Below, one piece after another: positions 60,983 to 64,000 of a DNA stretch of 64,000 nucleotides (position 1 is the first letter of the stretch; each line of letters opens with the position of its first letter). The DNA is from Gemmatimonadota bacterium (lineage in GTDB: Bacteria > Gemmatimonadota > Gemmatimonadetes > Palauibacterales > KS3-K002), in assembly GCA_039586495.1 (NCBI GenBank), contig JBDHKG010000033.1, forward strand, positions 5,689 to 69,688, in the 5' to 3' direction. The translations under genes were made by a program, and so were the position numbers. Below the pieces are notes generated by a model. It ran no database searches, had not been told where the DNA came from, and was given only the letters and a program-made list of their open reading frames with translations.

Positions 60983-61816
60983 GTGGATTTCGAGGAACGA
61001 GATGGGGTAGCTGTCCAGGCTGGAGGGTGCTGGCTGAAGACGGTCGTCGCGGGAAATCCGGGACCGCTGACCCTGGATGGCACGCGGACGTACCTCCTGG
61101 GGGGTGACCCGTGCGTTGTAGTCGACCCCGGGCCGGACCTGGCGGACCATCTGGACGCCCTTGAGGTCGCGCTGGGTGCTGCCGAGTTAGGCGCCATTTG
61201 CATCACCCACCACCACGCCGACCATGCCGCGGGTGCCGCTGAGCTCGCTCTGCGGTTGGGGGCGCCGTTGGCCGCTCTGCCGGAGTCGGCGGAGCTGGCG
61301 GGGCTGGAACCGCCCGAGATCCCGTTGTCGCCGGGAGCGAGTGTGGTCTTTGGTGGAGGCCACTTGGACGTCATTCCGGCGCCGGGCCATTGTCCCGATC
61401 ACGTGTGCTTCCATTGGCCGGAAGCAGGAGCCCTGTTCACAGGCGACACGATCCTGGGCGAGGGTTCGTCGCTGATCGCGCCACCAGATGGCGACGTGGC
61501 TGCCTACCTGTCCACGCTGGAGCGACTGGCCCAGCTCGAGCTGACCGTCATCTACCCCGGCCACGGCCCGCTGATCGACGAGCCCGCCGAGAAGATCGAC
61601 GAGTACATGAAGCAGCGCTTGCTGCGCGAGATGCAGGTGCTCGAAGCGCTCACCGCTGGCGCCGATACACCGGCCGAGATCCGGGCACGCGTCTATCCTG
61701 ACCTCGACCCGCGACTCTTCGGCGCTGCGGAGGGATCGGTACTGGCCCACCTGGCCAAGCTGATGAGCGAGGGACGGGTCAGAACGGCGGGCGATCGTTA
61801 CTTGCCCGTGGGTTGA
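60983..61816 (+). CDS. MBL-fold metallo-hydrolase
   Basis: Motif ICITHHHADHAAGA (HxHxDH) with later PGHCPDH and YPGHG. Coordinates are taken from the ORF track. Confidence 0.85.
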   Translation: MDFEERDGVAVQAGGCWLKTVVAGNPGPLTLDGTRTYLLGGDPCVVVDPGPDLADHLDALEVALGAAELGAICITHHHADHAAGAAELALRLGAPLAALPESAELAGLEPPEIPLSPGASVVFGGGHLDVIPAPGHCPDHVCFHWPEAGALFTGDTILGEGSSLIAPPDGDVAAYLSTLERLAQLELTVIYPGHGPLIDEPAEKIDEYMKQRLLREMQVLEALTAGADTPAEIRARVYPDLDPRLFGAAEGSVLAHLAKLMSEGRVRTAGDRYLPVG

Positions 61817-62002
61817 TGGTGAGCCGGGCCGGACTCCCCCAACCCTGTAATCTTCACCAGAAGCGCTGAAGATCTTCCCCGCGACGCAGCTGACGGTCGC
61901 GTCACGTGCCGCTCGCGCCTCGACACGGTCGCTCGGGGCTGTTAGACTTGGCGGCCATGCTCCACGACTGTTCAGGTTCGAGGTGGAAGGCGTAGGCGGC
62001 GG

Positions 62003-62661
62003 GTGTCCCGACTCACGATCATCTTCGTCACCATCTTCATCGATCTCATCGGGTTCTGTATCGTCCTACCCCTGTTGCCGTTCTACGCCCAGAACTTCGG
62101 CGCGACACCGCAGATCATCGGCTTGCTTGTGGCGATTCACCCGGCGATGCCGTTCCTATTCGGGCCTATCTGGGGCCGACTGTCAGATCAGGTGGGACGG
62201 CGGCCCATCCTGCTGTTGGGCTTGGTGGGCTCCGGCGTGTCGTATCCGATCTTCGGACTCGCGACGAGCGTCGGCTGCTGGTCACCGGGACGACCATCTT
62301 GGTGGCCAGTTACGTGCTGTTGCCGCTCGTCGGCGGCCTCTGGTGGCTCTGTGGCATCCTGGTACCGATCGCGTTCGGCACGGGCCTCAACTGGCCAACG
62401 CTCAGCAGCCTCGCTTCACAGTATGCGGAGGCCGATACTCAGGGCGCGATCCTGGGCGTCATGCAGTCGCTCTCCGCACTTGCTCGTATGCTGGGGGCTG
62501 CTTGGGCCGGTTGGGTGTTCGGAAACTGGAGCCCGGGTGCGCCTTTTGTTCTGAACGCCGCGCTCATGAGTCTCGCGGCAGCCTTCGCTGTCCTGCTTGT
62601 GATTAGGGCTCCATCGCCTCGGGAGGCTCGAACGGAACGGGCAGTGGGTGTGTCGGTGTAG
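62003..62661 (+). pseudogene. MFS transporter (TetA-like) remnant with internal deletion and frame change
   Basis: ORF 62003..62554 encodes TM1-3 (LPLLPFYAQNFGA...GPIWGRLSDQVGRRPILLLGL...) for about 90 aa and then junk. The second frame (open from at least 62221; listed ORF 62299..62661) encodes DERRLLVTGTTILVASYVLLPLVGGLWWL...QGAILGVMQSLSALARMLGAAWAGWVFG, typical of the last helices. About 190 central residues are missing. Confidence 0.6.
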
Positions 62662-62759
62662 AGAATGGCCTATGTGAGTGTGCCTCGAAAGATTGGTGGG
62701 GTGCGCCTGCGGCCAGCCAGTGTGATGGGCTAGGGACTCTGGAGGTTGAACGGAATCTG

Positions 62760-64000
62760 ATGTCTCGGAATCGAGCTAAGACGCTGGCAGAGCTGAGGAA
62801 TTCGGGCTATCGCCCCCGCTCCGTTAAGGACGAGTTGCGCGCAAACCTCATCCGCAAGCTCGAAGTCGGCGAGCCGCTGTTCCCGGGCATTCTGGGCTAC
62901 GAGGATACGGTGGTCCCTCAATTGGTGAACGCGATCCTGGCACGGCACAACTTCGTCTTGCTGGGGCTGCGTGGCCAGGCGAAGAGCAGGATCCTGCGCC
63001 AGCTCGTCGATTTTCTCGACGACGAGATCCCCATCATCGCGGGTTCCGAGGTGAACGACGATCTTTTCAACCCCATCAGCAAGTACGGGCGCCTCAGCGT
63101 CGAGCAGCTGGGTGAAGAGACACCCATCGATTGGATACCGCGTGAGCAGCGGTTTGTGGAGAAGCTGGCGACCCCGGATGTGACGATCGCCGACATCATC
63201 GGCGATGTGGATCCAATCCGCGCGGCCCGGGGCGGGCATGTGCTTTCGGATGAGCTGACCATCCACTACGGGCTCTTGCCCCGCGCCAACCGTGGGGTTT
63301 TCGCTGTGAACGAGCTGCCTGATCTGGCGGGAAAGATCCAGGTCGGTCTTTTCAACATTATGCAGGAAGGCGACGTCCAGATTAAGGGCTATCCAATTCG
63401 GCTTGCCCTGGATGTGCAGCTCGTGTTCACGGCCAACCCGGAGGACTACACTGCGCGCGGCAAGATCATCACGCCGCTCAAGGATCGGATCGGCGCCGAG
63501 ATCATGACTCATTATCCACGCGCGCTCGAGCACGGGGTCGCTATCACGGAGCAGGAAGCATGGACGGATCGCGGCGACAGTCGCGTGCAGATCCCGCGTA
63601 TGATCAAAGAGATTGTTGAGCGCATCGCGTTCGAGGCGCGGGAGGACCAACGAGTCGATCGACGCTCCGGCGTGTCACAGCGCTTGCCGATCACCGTGCT
63701 GGAGAGCGTCGTGTCGAACGCGGAACGCCGTGCGATCGCCAACAAAGCGGGTATCGTTGTCCCTTGGGTGGCCGACATCTATGCCGCGCTGCCTGCCATA
63801 ACTGGGAAGCTGGAGCTCGAGTACGAGGGCGAGTTGCAAGGCGGGGAGAGGATTGCGCGCGACCTGATCTCGCGGGCGGCAGGTGCGACCTTTGACGAGT
63901 ACTTCCTCGAGCAGGATGCCGCACCTATCATCGAGTATTTCGACAACGGTGGTGTGCTACAGATCGCGGAGATGTCCAGCGCCGAGGCTTGCCTCAAGGG
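62760..64000 (+). CDS. AAA+ ATPase, Mg-chelatase ChlI/MoxR-like (3' end beyond window)
   Basis: Absent from the ORF track because it has no stop in the window. Hand translation from ATG 62760 is open to 64000. It reads [19 protein letters not shown]...[19 protein letters not shown] (Walker A-like) ...[12 protein letters not shown] (Walker B-like) ...[24 protein letters not shown]. Confidence 0.65.
   Translation, partial: MSRNRAKTLAELRNSGYRPRSVKDELRANLIRKLEVGEPLFPGILGYEDTVVPQLVNAILARHNFVLLGLRGQAKSRILRQLVDFLDDEIPIIAGSEVNDDLFNPISKYGRLSVEQLGEETPIDWIPREQRFVEKLATPDVTIADIIGDVDPIRAARGGHVLSDELTIHYGLLPRANRGVFAVNELPDLAGKIQVGLFNIMQEGDVQIKGYPIRLALDVQLVFTANPEDYTARGKIITPLKDRIGAEIMTHYPRALEHGVAITEQEAWTDRGDSRVQIPRMIKEIVERIAFEAREDQRVDRRSGVSQRLPITVLESVVSNAERRAIANKAGIVVPWVADIYAALPAITGKLELEYEGELQGGERIARDLISRAAGATFDEYFLEQDAAPIIEYFDNGGVLQIAEMSSAEACLK

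Noticed and set aside
60982-60984. Apparent 1-nt discrepancy between my hand count of the MBL-hydrolase GTG start (60982) and the ORF track (60983), with a compensating offset near 61681
   Set aside because: This is most likely my miscounting of a homopolymer while reading. The ORF track is computed from the sequence and shows one continuous 277-aa frame, so no frameshift is claimed and the track coordinates are used.
62730-63650. 306-aa minus-strand ORF
   Set aside because: It is the shadow of the open-ended plus-strand AAA+ ATPase gene, which has recognisable NTPase motifs.
1-64000. Mobile elements, prophage genes, tRNA/rRNA genes, CRISPR-Cas, toxin-antitoxin or restriction-modification defence systems
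   Set aside because: No transposase, integrase, cas, rRNA-like or cloverleaf-like sequence was recognised in any intergenic region I read. Absence is based on manual reading only, so tRNAscan, Infernal and defence-finder tools should confirm it.

Overview
High-GC (roughly two-thirds G+C by eye) bacterial chromosomal segment covering the replication-origin neighbourhood. From left to right:

- Left end: a radical SAM/SPASM gene fragment, tatA, a YjbQ-family gene, an OmpA-family gene, a low-GC orphan spacer, and the NHEJ pair ligD-ku.
- Metabolism genes: ADP-forming acyl-CoA synthetase, CDP-alcohol phosphatidyltransferase, queD.
- 12.5-15.2 kb: a compact minus-strand cassette of a PqqD-like protein, a PRMT-like methyltransferase fused to a PqqD-like domain, an unlisted 80-codon Tat-signal/Pro-rich ORF, and an HPr-kinase-like protein. 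It sits next to a divergent ECF sigma / anti-sigma / LTXXQ module. I consider this cassette the best candidate for an undescribed peptide-modification (RiPP-like) system.
- Origin core: dnaN<-dnaA with a DnaA-box / (TAG)n-trio / AT-rich intergenic region, an NRAMP-like transporter, and rpmH nested inside an extended rnpA frame.
- Then yidD-yidC-mnmE, D-aminoacylase, acyP and mnmG, followed by a 0.49 kb non-coding gap where rsmG is usually found. The gap carries two parS sites and an AT-rich 13-bp tandem repeat.
- Then parA-parB (C-terminus out of frame), an M23 peptidase, a bactofilin and a DnaA-box-like palindrome.
- Then LOG-family, deoxyhypusine-synthase-like and isochorismatase-like genes.
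- 36.5-43.6 kb: a decaprenyl-phospho-arabinose-like lipid-sugar cluster (HAD-UbiA fusion, DprE1-like, DprE2-like, two GT-C membrane glycosyltransferases).
- Right end: a protease-rich stretch (BNR/sortilin-like protein, M48, OmpA lipoprotein, orphan E2 acyltransferase, FHA-FHA-trypsin-like protein, S9 peptidase, disrupted M48, TM2 protein, M28-PDZ peptidase, alpha/beta hydrolase, MBL hydrolase, an MFS remnant, and an open-ended AAA+ ATPase).

Four genes look disrupted: two by frameshifts and two by internal deletions. I recognised no rRNA, tRNA, CRISPR array, transposase or integrase. Motif coordinates counted by hand may be off by 1-2 nt.
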